Below, in pieces: positions 41,257-50,701 of a stretch of 64,000 nucleotides of DNA; position 1 is the first letter of the stretch; every line of letters begins with the position of its first letter. A program made the position numbers and the translations under genes. The notes under the pieces were generated by a model that worked only from the letters and a program-made list of their open reading frames with translations, was not told the origin of the DNA and searched no databases. The stretch comes from Trueperaceae bacterium (GTDB lineage Bacteria; Deinococcota; Deinococci; Deinococcales; Trueperaceae), in NCBI GenBank assembly GCA_040905465.1, contig JBBDRK010000069.1, positions 14,532 through 78,531 on the forward strand. Reading direction: 5' to 3'.

Positions 41257-41291
41257 CCGGGGCTGGAGAGAGCGTGTCTCTCCAGCCCCGG
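41257..41291 (-). terminator. Hairpin, likely terminator of rplM-rpsI
   Basis: 15-bp perfect stem CCGGGGCTGGAGAGA with 5-nt loop; only a short U-tail (TTCT). Confidence 0.65.
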
Positions 41292-41340
41292 CACTAACCG
41301 ATGCCTGCGCAACGCAAGCCGGCGGGTCGACTGGCGTCGC

Positions 41341-41727
41341 TCAGCGCTTGCTGAACTGCGGCGCGCGGCGCGCCTTCTTGAGTCCGTACTTCTTGCGTTC
41401 GACCACTCGTGCGTCCCGGCTGAGGTAGCCGCCCTGCTTGAGCGCCGGCCGGAAGTTGGGGTCCACGTGCAGGAGCGCGCGGGCGACCCCCAGGCGGATC
41501 GCGTCCGCCTGGCCGCTCGGACCGCCACCGGCAACGGTGATGAGCGCGTCATAGCGACCCGCGGTGTTGGTGACTTTGAGCGGCTCGAGCGCCTGCACGC
41601 CCACCAGGATGCCACGGAAGAAGTCCTGGAAGTCCTTGCCGTTAACGGTGATGCGACCACTACCGGGGCGCAGGAATACGCGGGCTATCGCTGCCTTGCG
41701 GCGGCCGGTCCCATAATACTGCTCCAT
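41341..41727 (-). CDS. rpsI: 30S ribosomal protein S9
   Basis: [13 protein letters not shown] and [19 protein letters not shown] motifs. Confidence 0.98.
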   Translation of the reverse strand: MEQYYGTGRRKAAIARVFLRPGSGRITVNGKDFQDFFRGILVGVQALEPLKVTNTAGRYDALITVAGGGPSGQADAIRLGVARALLHVDPNFRPALKQGGYLSRDARVVERKKYGLKKARRAPQFSKR

Positions 41728-41798
41728 CAGACGAGCTCCATCTCTAGCGGCTTCCGGTCACGGGGCGTCGCCCGGTCCCATTCGATATCGTTTTCCAT
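41727..41798 (-). other. 23-codon mini-ORF ([23 protein letters not shown]) between rplM and rpsI
   Basis: TGATG overlap with both neighbours; bounded by 21/23-identical direct repeats at 41723-41745 and 41794-41816. Confidence 0.6.
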
Positions 41799-42223
41799 CA
41801 AGCGAGCTCCATCTCTTTCGGCTGTTGTGCGGCGTGCGGGTGAGCGGCGCCTGCGTAAACCTTCATGCGGCGAATCAGCCTGCGGCCCATTCGGGTCTTC
41901 GGCAGCATTCCCCACACCGCCCGCTCCAAGACGCGCTCAGGGTGCTTGGTGAGCATCTCCCGCGCGGTGGTGCTGCGCAGCCCGCCCTGGTAGCCGGTGT
42001 AACGCGTGTACACCTTCTGATCGAGCTTGTGGCCGCTGAATACGACCTTCTCGGCGTTGACTACCACCACGAAGTCTCCTCCGGGCTGGTTTGGCGTGTA
42101 ATCGACTTTGTGCTTCCCGCGCAGGACCTGGGCGATCTGCGTAGCCAAACGGCCAACGGTCTGGCCCTCGGCGTCGATCAGCACCCACTCGTGCGTCGTT
42201 TCCTTGGGAAAATAGGTCTTCAC
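41798..42223 (-). CDS. rplM: 50S ribosomal protein L13
   Basis: [19 protein letters not shown] and HPHAAQ motifs. Confidence 0.98.
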   Translation of the reverse strand: MKTYFPKETTHEWVLIDAEGQTVGRLATQIAQVLRGKHKVDYTPNQPGGDFVVVVNAEKVVFSGHKLDQKVYTRYTGYQGGLRSTTAREMLTKHPERVLERAVWGMLPKTRMGRRLIRRMKVYAGAAHPHAAQQPKEMELA

Positions 42224-42531
42224 TTCAAGTCACGTCCTCTGGCTTGGGGTTGCTCTGCCGAATCCATCGCGTCCATCGTCCCGGATGCCTTGTTCGATCG
42301 ATCGTTTCCCAGTTGATCGTACGGAGACGACCGAGCCCCGGCGCCCGGCGCCAGGTTCGAACGGGCAGTACCGTGGCCGACAAGGCACGAAACCAAACGA
42401 AAGTGTAGCACATGCCCGCCGGCCTCGTAAAGCTGGGCGACGACAGCGAACAACGTGACAGTCGCTTCGGCGGCGGCCGCAGCGGAAGCGGCCCGGCCTT
42501 GCGCTACAATCGCACCACTCGGGAGGCCCAT

Positions 42532-44901
42532 ATGCTCCGTGCCCTGCGCGGCCTGCTGCTATTCGTCGTTCTCGCTCTGATCGTGCTCGCTGGGTTGTAC
42601 GCCTGGGTGCAGACATCGCTGCCGCGCCGTCAGGGCGCCATCTTGCTCGGCGGGCTCTCCGCCGCAGTCGAGGTGGCTCGCGACGTGGACGGAGTACCGC
42701 ATATCGACGCCGCCTCCCAGGAGGACGTCTATTTCGCGCTCGGCTTCGTCCACGCCCAGGACCGGCTGTGGCAGATGGAGGAGCGCAGGTTGCTGGCTGC
42801 GGGTCGCCTGGCTGAGCTGTTGGGCGAGCGCGCGCTTGCCAGCGATCGCTTCATGCGCTCGTTGGGGCTCTATGGCGCGGCCGAGCGCGACCTGCAGGCT
42901 CTAACGCCGCGAGCGCGCGGAATCGTGCAGGCGTACAGCGAAGGGATCAACGCGTTCCTCGACCGACGCTCCGGCGCGCCGCCGCCCGAGTTCCTCCTCC
43001 TGGGACATCGGCCCGAGCCATGGGCGCCGGTCGATGTGCTGGCGCGGGCGAAGCTGTTCGCCTGGGAGCAGGCGGGTGACTGGCGAGAAGACCTGCTACA
43101 TGGGCTGATAGCGGCCGAAGCGGGCGCGACGGCGTCCCGAAGCCTGTGGCCCACCGCCGCGACGGACGAGGCGGACCACCGAGCGGCACCGCCGGATCTC
43201 TTGCGGCGATTGCCCCTGATGAGTTTGCTGGACGCGACCGCCGGCTTCGCGGGTGGAGGGGACTCCTCGTTGGCGTGGGCAGTCTCCGGCGAGCACACCG
43301 CGGGGGGCGCGGCCCTGCTGGCCATCGAACGGCACGGAGAACAGCAGGCGCCGAGCCCCTGGTATCTGGTACAGCTGACGGCTCCAGGGCTGGACGTTTC
43401 CGGTGCGACGCTCCCCGGCATCCCGGCCGTCCTGGTTGGCCGCAACGACGCGATCGCCTGGGCGCTGACCGGCGCTGACCACGATACGCAGGATCTGTAC
43501 ATCGAGAGGCTGGAGGCGGACCGTTACCTGACGCCCGACGGTTGGCAAGAGCTGGAGACAGTCAGCGAGTCGCTGGAGGTCCGGGGCGGCGACGACGTGC
43601 AAATGTTGGTGAGGCGCACTCGGCACGGTCCGCTCGTCTCCGACGCGCTGGGGCCCGAATCGATCGACGGCGGCCGGATAGACGAATCGACCGCGAGCGG
43701 GGAGAGCCTGGGACTGTCACTGAGCTGGACGGCGCTGCTGGAGGTCGATCGCTCGCTGCAAGGGGCCATCGACATCTCGTTCGCTCGCAATTGGGACCAA
43801 CTGGGCGACGCGCTGCGAAATCTGCAAGAGAGCGGACAGTCGGTGCTCTATGCCGATGTCGAAGGCAGTATCGGTGTGCAGACAACCGGACGCGTCCCGG
43901 TACGCGCCGCAGGCGTCGGGCGCCTGCCGGTGCCGGGTTGGGACGAGTCTTTTGACTGGGACGGCTTCGTTCCCTACGCCGAGCTCCCGCGAATACGCGA
44001 CCCGGCATCAGGAGTGATAGTTGCCGCCGGCGGGGAACCGCCGCAGACCTCCCGCGCACCCTCCCGGCAGAGACCGCCGGCCTCTCGGCAGATTCTCGAG
44101 CTTCTCAACGACCTCGAGTTCCACACAGCTTTCAGCTTCGAACGGATGCTCGGCGAGAGGCCACTGCCGTTGACCGCGGACCTCCTGCCGCTAGCTCGTG
44201 CGGCCCGTCCGACAACCGATGCGGCTAGCCGGGCGCACGCCGAATTGCTGGCCTGGGACGGTTCCTCGAGCGGCGGCACGGCGGCGCCCATTCTCTTTTC
44301 GACATGGTATTCGACGCTGGCGCGGCTGATCTTCGCCGACGACCTCGGCGAAACGCTCGCCGCCGCCGTGGCCGAGCGGCCCGCGTTGATCGCCCGCGTG
44401 GTGAGCGGGCAACCGCAGTGGTGCGACGACGGGAGAACCGCGGAGGCCGAGGACTGCCGCGACCTGTCGACCCGCGCTCTGCGCGACGCTGTGGCCCGTC
44501 TGGGAGAGCGCCACGGGGACGAGCCGGACTCCTGGCGGCGTCGGACCGGTTACGAAGAGATTCACGCTCACCCGGTTCTGACCGGAACGACATTGGCCGG
44601 GCTCTTCGACGTTCGTATCGTTGTCGAGGAGGACGGTTCGGCCGGGAGGGCGGTAGCCGCGCCGGTAGCAGGTGCGCGCGGCGTGCCGGCCCGCGGACCG
44701 GTGCTCCGGGCGGTCTTCGACCTGGGCGATGACTCCTCTTCCGGCTACCTGCTGGCCACCGGCCAATCCGGGAATCCGCTGGCGCGAGACTACCGGGCGT
44801 TCACCGAGGATTGGGGGCGTGTCGACCTGGTTCCGCTGCGCCGCTACGGCGCTGCCGAGACCGGTTCCGGTCGGGTTCTGGTGTTGGAGCCTCGCCGCTG
44901 A
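42532..44901 (+). CDS. Penicillin acylase (S45 Ntn-hydrolase) family protein with degenerate active-site motifs
   Basis: GVPHI..GFVHAQDRLWQME, RRTRHGP and TGQSGNP motifs; N-terminal TM; SD GGGAGG before ATG 42532. Confidence 0.85.
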   Translation: MLRALRGLLLFVVLALIVLAGLYAWVQTSLPRRQGAILLGGLSAAVEVARDVDGVPHIDAASQEDVYFALGFVHAQDRLWQMEERRLLAAGRLAELLGERALASDRFMRSLGLYGAAERDLQALTPRARGIVQAYSEGINAFLDRRSGAPPPEFLLLGHRPEPWAPVDVLARAKLFAWEQAGDWREDLLHGLIAAEAGATASRSLWPTAATDEADHRAAPPDLLRRLPLMSLLDATAGFAGGGDSSLAWAVSGEHTAGGAALLAIERHGEQQAPSPWYLVQLTAPGLDVSGATLPGIPAVLVGRNDAIAWALTGADHDTQDLYIERLEADRYLTPDGWQELETVSESLEVRGGDDVQMLVRRTRHGPLVSDALGPESIDGGRIDESTASGESLGLSLSWTALLEVDRSLQGAIDISFARNWDQLGDALRNLQESGQSVLYADVEGSIGVQTTGRVPVRAAGVGRLPVPGWDESFDWDGFVPYAELPRIRDPASGVIVAAGGEPPQTSRAPSRQRPPASRQILELLNDLEFHTAFSFERMLGERPLPLTADLLPLARAARPTTDAASRAHAELLAWDGSSSGGTAAPILFSTWYSTLARLIFADDLGETLAAAVAERPALIARVVSGQPQWCDDGRTAEAEDCRDLSTRALRDAVARLGERHGDEPDSWRRRTGYEEIHAHPVLTGTTLAGLFDVRIVVEEDGSAGRAVAAPVAGARGVPARGPVLRAVFDLGDDSSSGYLLATGQSGNPLARDYRAFTEDWGRVDLVPLRRYGAAETGSGRVLVLEPRR

Positions 44902-44902
44902 C

Positions 44903-45862
44903 TCAGCCGGGTGCGGGGTAAGGTTCGCCTCGCTGGGTGGCTGTGAACGTCGTGCGTAGGTTTAGGGCATCGAGCAAGGCGGCCGTGCGCTCCTCCAGGA
45001 CCGCCGGCTGGTGGTCGAGCAGGAGGTGCCAACCGGGACGGCCAAGCGCCCGAGCTCGTCGTGAGGGCGGCGGCTCGTCGGGCGGCTGGATGAGATCGTC
45101 GGCGGGAATCGCCTCCGCCCGGCCGTGCTGCAACGCCAGGGCCGCCAGTACGAAGTAGAAAGCGCTGCGAGAGGTAACCTCGACGGACTGCCCGTCGAAC
45201 CTGGCCTCGAGCTTTCCGTGGAGATGACGTACCTGTTCGGCGATCGACTGCACCTCTCCCATGGCGATCCGTTGCAGCGTTACCGACTCTCCGGCCGTCC
45301 CCCGCGACCCCTCCGCGCCCTCGTGCCGCGCCTGCATCCGGTCCTCGGCAGGTCTGCCCCTCCCTGTCCTGCCGTCACGCAGCGCCTCCTTGGCACGGTC
45401 GAAGCGCTCGGACGGTTCGGTTCCCTCGGCCAGGAGCAGGTGGAGTACCTCGGCGAAACCCTCATCGAACAGGTCGAACTCCAGGTTCCGCGCGTCGTCA
45501 GCCGTCGCCGCGCGCCAGACCCGCCCGTTGCTGGCGAGGGTCCAGGCGTGTTCGGCGCCTTCGCGGCCGACTCCGGTCACCGGCGTTTCCACCGCGAAAA
45601 CCGTCACCAGGACCGATTCGGCTCCATTGAGCAGGCGGTAGTCGGCTCGCTCGCGTGCCGGTTCGCCGGCCAGCCGCATCGTCTGCAGGTCGAAGATGTC
45701 TACCGCCAGGGAGTGCAGGAGCGGAAATACAGCAGCCTGTGCCAGGTCGATAGCGCTGGCACGCGGTCTCGCCACTAGTGCCCGCCGCGCCCGCTGCAGT
45801 GCCGCGGCGACCCTGAGGCGCTCGACCTCCAGGTGCGATTCGGGGACCGGTGTATCGCGCAT
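44903..45862 (-). CDS. Hypothetical protein with degenerate HsdR-N-like (PD-(D/E)xK) domain
   Basis: VFPLLHSLAVDIFD..RADYRL..LASNGRVW pattern; ATG 7 nt after TAGACT. Confidence 0.55.
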   Translation of the reverse strand: MRDTPVPESHLEVERLRVAAALQRARRALVARPRASAIDLAQAAVFPLLHSLAVDIFDLQTMRLAGEPARERADYRLLNGAESVLVTVFAVETPVTGVGREGAEHAWTLASNGRVWRAATADDARNLEFDLFDEGFAEVLHLLLAEGTEPSERFDRAKEALRDGRTGRGRPAEDRMQARHEGAEGSRGTAGESVTLQRIAMGEVQSIAEQVRHLHGKLEARFDGQSVEVTSRSAFYFVLAALALQHGRAEAIPADDLIQPPDEPPPSRRARALGRPGWHLLLDHQPAVLEERTAALLDALNLRTTFTATQRGEPYPAPG

Positions 45863-45995
45863 CCTCCTAAGTCTACCGCCCGTCGGCGGGTCGTAGTGGG
45901 CGCCGGCAGCTGCGGCTCCGGCTTCCGGACCGATGTTGCGGACGCCATTACTCCGGAACGCACTGCACCGTGTTCCTCGAGCGGTCTCGAGATCG

Positions 45996-47552
45996 TCAGC
46001 GGACCGGCCGGCGCAGCCCCTTCGGGTAGTGGTTCTTGATGATGTCACGGCTGCTCCGGCCCCATCCGAGCGGGAAGCCGGCAACGGTGACGAGCACCCA
46101 GCCGTCTTCGCCCGGCCGTTCGAGCTCCGCTCCGAGGAGATAAGCGTCGAGGCCGGCTTCGCCGGGCTGCAGGATCACGCTCCGCAGCGCATCTTCGCGC
46201 CGCAACGCCAGTGCCAACGAGTGCGACGGGGCGAAGCGCTCCCGGGATACCGAGCCCAGCCACAACCCGGGTCGCAGGACTCGCACGCCGGCCAGGTCGG
46301 GAGCCCCGGGCGGCACCGCGTAGAGGCCGTCGCGCTGAACGATGAGCGCGTGGTCCGGAAACGGATCTTCGGTCAGGTTGTCGCTGATGAACCCGCGCCA
46401 AAGCTCCTTCGCCTGACGCGACTCGGCCGAATCGCCGGCAGACTCGCCGGCAGACTTCCCGGCGGAGCCGCCGGCTGTCGCTCCGCTCCGGCCCTGCCCG
46501 TAGTTTCGCCGCCCCTCGTTCCTCCCGATTCGGGTCGACACCGGTCCCGTGTCCCCGGTTCTGTCGGCAGGCTCCGGGGGCGACTCGTGCCCTCTCCTCA
46601 GCAGCACCAGGAAGTGGCCTTCTCCGGCGTGCCGGTGGGGCCATATCCGCACGGCGCGACGCAACTCGGTTGCCCGTTCGCCACCGGCCCACTCGGGACG
46701 GCCGGAAGCGACTCCTGCCAAGCCGGTCTCGATCGCCTCCCAGTCCGGGCGCTCCGCCAGGAACCGCCCGATCACCTCCTCGTTCTCGGCCGGTTCCAGC
46801 GTGCAGGTGCTGTAGGCAAGCCGTCCACCCGGCCGTACCAGCCGCGCTGCCTCGGCCAGGAGAGCGTCCTGCCGGATAACGCATGACTTCACTATCTGCG
46901 GGCTCCAATGAGCGATCGCTTCGGGAGTCTTGCGGAACATGCCCTCTCCGGAGCACGGGGCGTCCAGAAGCACCGCGTCGAAGCGAGCCGACCACAGGTC
47001 GGCCAAGGTCCTCGGATCCGCGCTGGTCACCAGCGCTCGGCGCGCTCCCCAGCGCTCGAGATTCCTGCTCAGCTCACGGGCCCGGCCGCCATGGACGTCG
47101 TTCGCAACCAGTAGCCCACTGTCGCCGAGCAGCGCCGCAAGGTGCGTACTCTTGCCTCCAGGCGCGGCCGCGAGGTCGAGGACGCGTTCGCCGGCACGTG
47201 GCGCCAGTGCCTCGGCGACCGCCATGGCCGAGGGCTCCTGCAGGTAGTAGAGTCCCGCGGCGTGAAAGGGATGCCGGCCCGGGCTTCCGTCGAACTCCAG
47301 AACGAAGCCGGCTGGACACCACGGCACGGCTTCGAGCGACCACGAAGGCGGTCGCGTCGATCGAGACGGTGGCGATCGAGGCTGTGGCGGTACTGCCTGC
47401 GACAGGAGGCGCTCGAACGCGGCCGCCGAGAGCTTGAGGGTATTGACCCGCAGGCCTGTTACGGGAGGCTCCTGCAGGCTGAGCTCCAGCCGGTCGGCCT
47501 CCGGGCCGAGGAGCCGGCGCATGCGCGCTCGAAACTCGGAGGGCAGGTTCAG
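45996..47552 (-). CDS. rsmF: RsmF/NOL1-family rRNA m5C methyltransferase
   Basis: YYLQEPSAM, LAAAPGGKS, DAPCSGEG, YSTCT and KNHYPKGLR motifs. Start is CTG 47552 (inferred) or ATG 47522. Confidence 0.9.
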   Translation of the reverse strand: MNLPSEFRARMRRLLGPEADRLELSLQEPPVTGLRVNTLKLSAAAFERLLSQAVPPQPRSPPSRSTRPPSWSLEAVPWCPAGFVLEFDGSPGRHPFHAAGLYYLQEPSAMAVAEALAPRAGERVLDLAAAPGGKSTHLAALLGDSGLLVANDVHGGRARELSRNLERWGARRALVTSADPRTLADLWSARFDAVLLDAPCSGEGMFRKTPEAIAHWSPQIVKSCVIRQDALLAEAARLVRPGGRLAYSTCTLEPAENEEVIGRFLAERPDWEAIETGLAGVASGRPEWAGGERATELRRAVRIWPHRHAGEGHFLVLLRRGHESPPEPADRTGDTGPVSTRIGRNEGRRNYGQGRSGATAGGSAGKSAGESAGDSAESRQAKELWRGFISDNLTEDPFPDHALIVQRDGLYAVPPGAPDLAGVRVLRPGLWLGSVSRERFAPSHSLALALRREDALRSVILQPGEAGLDAYLLGAELERPGEDGWVLVTVAGFPLGWGRSSRDIIKNHYPKGLRRPVR

Positions 47553-48100
47553 TCGTCGCCTCCACCGTCGAGTTCCGGGCCGCCTTCCTCGTCACCTTGC
47601 GTGCGGCTCGCTGCGCCCCTGCGATCGGCGCTACGCGCTTCGTTGGCCCGCAAGGCGGCTAGCTCGCCGAGCTGGCGGATCTCCTCGATGAACCGGTCTA
47701 CCGAATCGAAGTCCCGGTAGACGCTCAGGAAGCGGATATAGGCGACGTCGTCGAGGCCCTTCAGGAATTTCAGGGTACGCAGGCCGACCTCCTCGGAGGC
47801 GATCTCCGGTGCCTGGATCTCGTCCTCGAATCCGTAGGCGAACTCACGCAACTGCTTCTCGGTCACCGGTCTCTTGTTGCAGGCGATGCGCAGCTTGTCG
47901 AGCAGCTTGTCGGGATTGAACGCCTCGCGACGGCCCGAGCGCTTGCTCACCATCAGTGCTTCGAACTGAGCTCGCTCATAGGTCGTGAAACGGCGGTGAC
48001 AGTTGGCGCAATCGCGGCGACGGCGAATCGAGGTGCCTTCGTCGGACGGCCGTGAGTTGATCACTCGGGTGTCGTTCGATGTGCAGTAGGGGCATTTCAT
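47549..48100 (-). CDS. nrdR: Transcriptional repressor NrdR (in frame with upstream SDR-like ORF)
   Basis: MKCPYC..SR..IRRRRDC..C..RFTTYE zinc ribbon, ATP cone and AYIRFLSVY. Confidence 0.93.
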   Translation of the reverse strand: MKCPYCTSNDTRVINSRPSDEGTSIRRRRDCANCHRRFTTYERAQFEALMVSKRSGRREAFNPDKLLDKLRIACNKRPVTEKQLREFAYGFEDEIQAPEIASEEVGLRTLKFLKGLDDVAYIRFLSVYRDFDSVDRFIEEIRQLGELAALRANEARSADRRGAASRTQGDEEGGPELDGGGDD

Positions 48101-48958
48101 GGTAGCGCCATCGCCGAGCTGCCGGGCGCAGCCCGGCAGCTCTCTGGGGAATGCCACCTCGTCGGCGAACTCTCGCTCGCCGTCGTCGCCGTCGTTGCCG
48201 TTGTCGAAGGAATCCTCGTTGCCGTCGTCGTAGAGGCTCGCCTCGAGGTCGTCCTGGCGCACGCTCGAGTCGAGCGCGGCCTGGACCTCCGGGAGGAGCG
48301 ACTCCACGACCTTCGGCGGCGGAGGCAGCTCGACGTAAAGCTGCTGCCCACGTACCCCTTGCGCGGTTGCCGAGCCCAGGTACAGCACGCTGTCGATGAG
48401 AGCGGCATCGTGTCGAGGATCGGACGCCTGCCGCGACGGAACCACCATGTTCGCTCTCAACCGCTCGTAACGATCTCCGAACCCGGCCACCATCCCGGAC
48501 AGCGCTCCGCGTACCGCGGTCATCTGCGGCTCGTCGGCGCTCTCGGGCGGGGCGACCAGCACCAGCCAGCCCTCCCGCAGCACCTGGGCACAGACCTTTA
48601 GCGTCAGGTAGCTGCTCTTGATGTCCTCATCGAGCAACTCCACGAACTCGCTCTCCCCGAGAGCATGGAACGGCGTGTGACTCCCGTAGGCTGCCACGTG
48701 AATCACGCCGTTGAGATCACCGAAGATCTCGTAGACCTTGTGAAAGGCGTTCAGGACGTCCATGTGGGTGGTCATGTCGGCCTGGATGGGGATGGCCTGG
48801 CCCCCGAGCTCCTCGATCTCCGCCGCCGTCTTGGATGCGAGATCGACGTCACGATCGGCGCACACAACGTCATGCCCACCATGGCCGCAGGCAAGGGCGA
48901 CAGCCCGGCCGAAGCCCTGTCCGACATTAGTCACGAGCACCACGCTGGCTGTACCCAT
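48101..48958 (-). CDS. Atypical SDR-like Rossmann protein; no stop codon before nrdR
   Basis: VLVTNVGQGFGRA, IQADM..., acidic tail; ATG 48958 is 7 nt after TATCCT. Confidence 0.75.
48116..48142. other. Perfect 12-bp hairpin in the SDR-nrdR linker
   Basis: GAGCTGCCGGGC-GCA-GCCCGGCAGCTC. Confidence 0.85.
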
Positions 48959-49092
48959 AAGAGGTAGGATACAGCCCATTCAGACGCGGCCACAAGGGAT
49001 GCCGCGACCCACTGTGAATACCTTTATGGACGGCCCACCGCCCTGATCGGCTAGAACTGGACGGGGTGGGAGCGGCAACTGGAGGGCGTTGA

Positions 49093-49677
49093 GTGTTTTC
49101 TAGGCGAACCAGAGGACGGCGCGGCAGCGGCGAACCGTTTACCTACATCCAGGAGGGAACCGTGCTTCGCGGCGATCTCGAGGCAGCCGGCAGGGTCCGG
49201 ATTCACGGGACCGTGCTGGGCAACGTCACGGTAGCCGGAGTTCTCGAGGTGGCCGCCGAAGGTATGGTGAAGGGCGATCGTGTCGAGGCCGATCAGGTGC
49301 GGATACTCGGTGCCGTCGAGGCGATGGTGTGCGCGGCCGGCAAGGTCGAGATCTGGCGCGGCGGCCAACTGACCGGAGACGTAAGGGCGGCATCGCTCGA
49401 CATCGAAGAGGGCGCGAGCTTCACCGGCCGGAGCGAGATGCGCCCACCCGGGTCTCCACCTGCCCTGCCCGATGGGAGCGCGCGGGCTGGGCAAGTAAAC
49501 GCTTCTCCTTCCGACGCAGAAACCGAGGCGGAGTCCGGCGCGGAAACCGGCGCGGAATCCGGCGCGGAATCCGGCCCAAAGACCGTAGCAAGGACCGGCG
49601 CAGGAGCCCGCGCTGCCGACGAGGAAGACCCCGCTTCGGAGACGCCGCTTACGGCTTCCGTTGAGCCGCGGACCTGA
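49093..49677 (+). CDS. Bactofilin (polymer-forming cytoskeletal protein) with low-complexity tail
   Basis: TYIQEGTVLRGDL..VRIHG..LDIEEGASFTG beta-helix; 4 x 12-bp repeat at 49528-49575. Confidence 0.88.
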   Translation: MFSRRTRGRRGSGEPFTYIQEGTVLRGDLEAAGRVRIHGTVLGNVTVAGVLEVAAEGMVKGDRVEADQVRILGAVEAMVCAAGKVEIWRGGQLTGDVRAASLDIEEGASFTGRSEMRPPGSPPALPDGSARAGQVNASPSDAETEAESGAETGAESGAESGPKTVARTGAGARAADEEDPASETPLTASVEPRT

Positions 49678-49813
49678 TTCGCCTACCGGCGACACGCCGC
49701 ACCATTTGAATTCGACACACCGTAGACAGTGCTCGCGGTCCTCGATCTTTTGGTGACTGCTACACTGTCCGGAACCAGTATTCCGGCCACTCCGTGATAG
49801 GTTTGGAGAACTG

Positions 49814-50701
49814 ATGGCACTGGAACGCTTCTTCCGGCGCAACCGGCCCACCAAAGGCGACGACGACAACAGTCCCACGGGACTGTGGATGAAGTGCGAG
49901 TCGTGTGGGGCTCAGATATACCGCAAGGACCTGGTGGCAAGCCACTACGTCTGTCCCGAATGCAACTTCCACTACCGCATGCCGGTAGACGCTCGCATCG
50001 GCTTGCTGGCCGACGAGGGCAGCTTCGAACAATGGTCGGGATCGCTGACTCCGGAAGACCCACTCGAGTTCATCGATACCGAGCCGTATCTGGAACGTAT
50101 CGAACGTGTGCAGGCGAAACAGGGTCGAAACGACGCGATCGTCACCGGCGGTGCGTTGCTCGAGGGCGAACCGGTGGCGCTGGCGGTCATGGACTTCTTC
50201 TTCGCTGGAGGCTCGATGGGGTCGGTCGTCGGTGAGGAGATAGCTCGAGCGGCCGAGAGAGCGGCAGAGGAGGGTCGGAGCCTCATCGCCGTGACCGCAT
50301 CGGGCGGCGCCCGGATGCAGGAGGGCGCGCTCTCGTTGATGCAGATGGCCAAGACGACCGTGGCGCTGGAGGCGCTGGCCGAGCGTGGGCTGCCCTACAT
50401 AGCCGTACTGACCGATCCCACCACCGGCGGGGTTACGGCGAGCTTCGCGACACTCGGCGACCTGGTGCTGGCCGAGCCGAAGGCTCTCATCTGCTTCGCC
50501 GGCCCGCGCGTTATTCAGCAGACGATCAAGCAGGACCTGCCGGAGGGGTTCCAGCGCTCGGAGTTCCTGCTCAAACGGGGGATGATCGACGATGTGGTCG
50601 ATCGCCAGAGGCTCAAGGAACAACTGGCTTCCTATCTTCGTCTGCTTCGAGGCGGCCTGACTGCCCTCACCGAGGAGGACGCCCGTGGCGTTGCCGTTTG
50701 A
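49814..50701 (+). CDS. accD: Acetyl-CoA carboxylase carboxyltransferase beta
   Basis: CESC..CPEC zinc finger, [10 protein letters not shown] and SGGARMQEG motifs. Confidence 0.96.
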   Translation: MALERFFRRNRPTKGDDDNSPTGLWMKCESCGAQIYRKDLVASHYVCPECNFHYRMPVDARIGLLADEGSFEQWSGSLTPEDPLEFIDTEPYLERIERVQAKQGRNDAIVTGGALLEGEPVALAVMDFFFAGGSMGSVVGEEIARAAERAAEEGRSLIAVTASGGARMQEGALSLMQMAKTTVALEALAERGLPYIAVLTDPTTGGVTASFATLGDLVLAEPKALICFAGPRVIQQTIKQDLPEGFQRSEFLLKRGMIDDVVDRQRLKEQLASYLRLLRGGLTALTEEDARGVAV

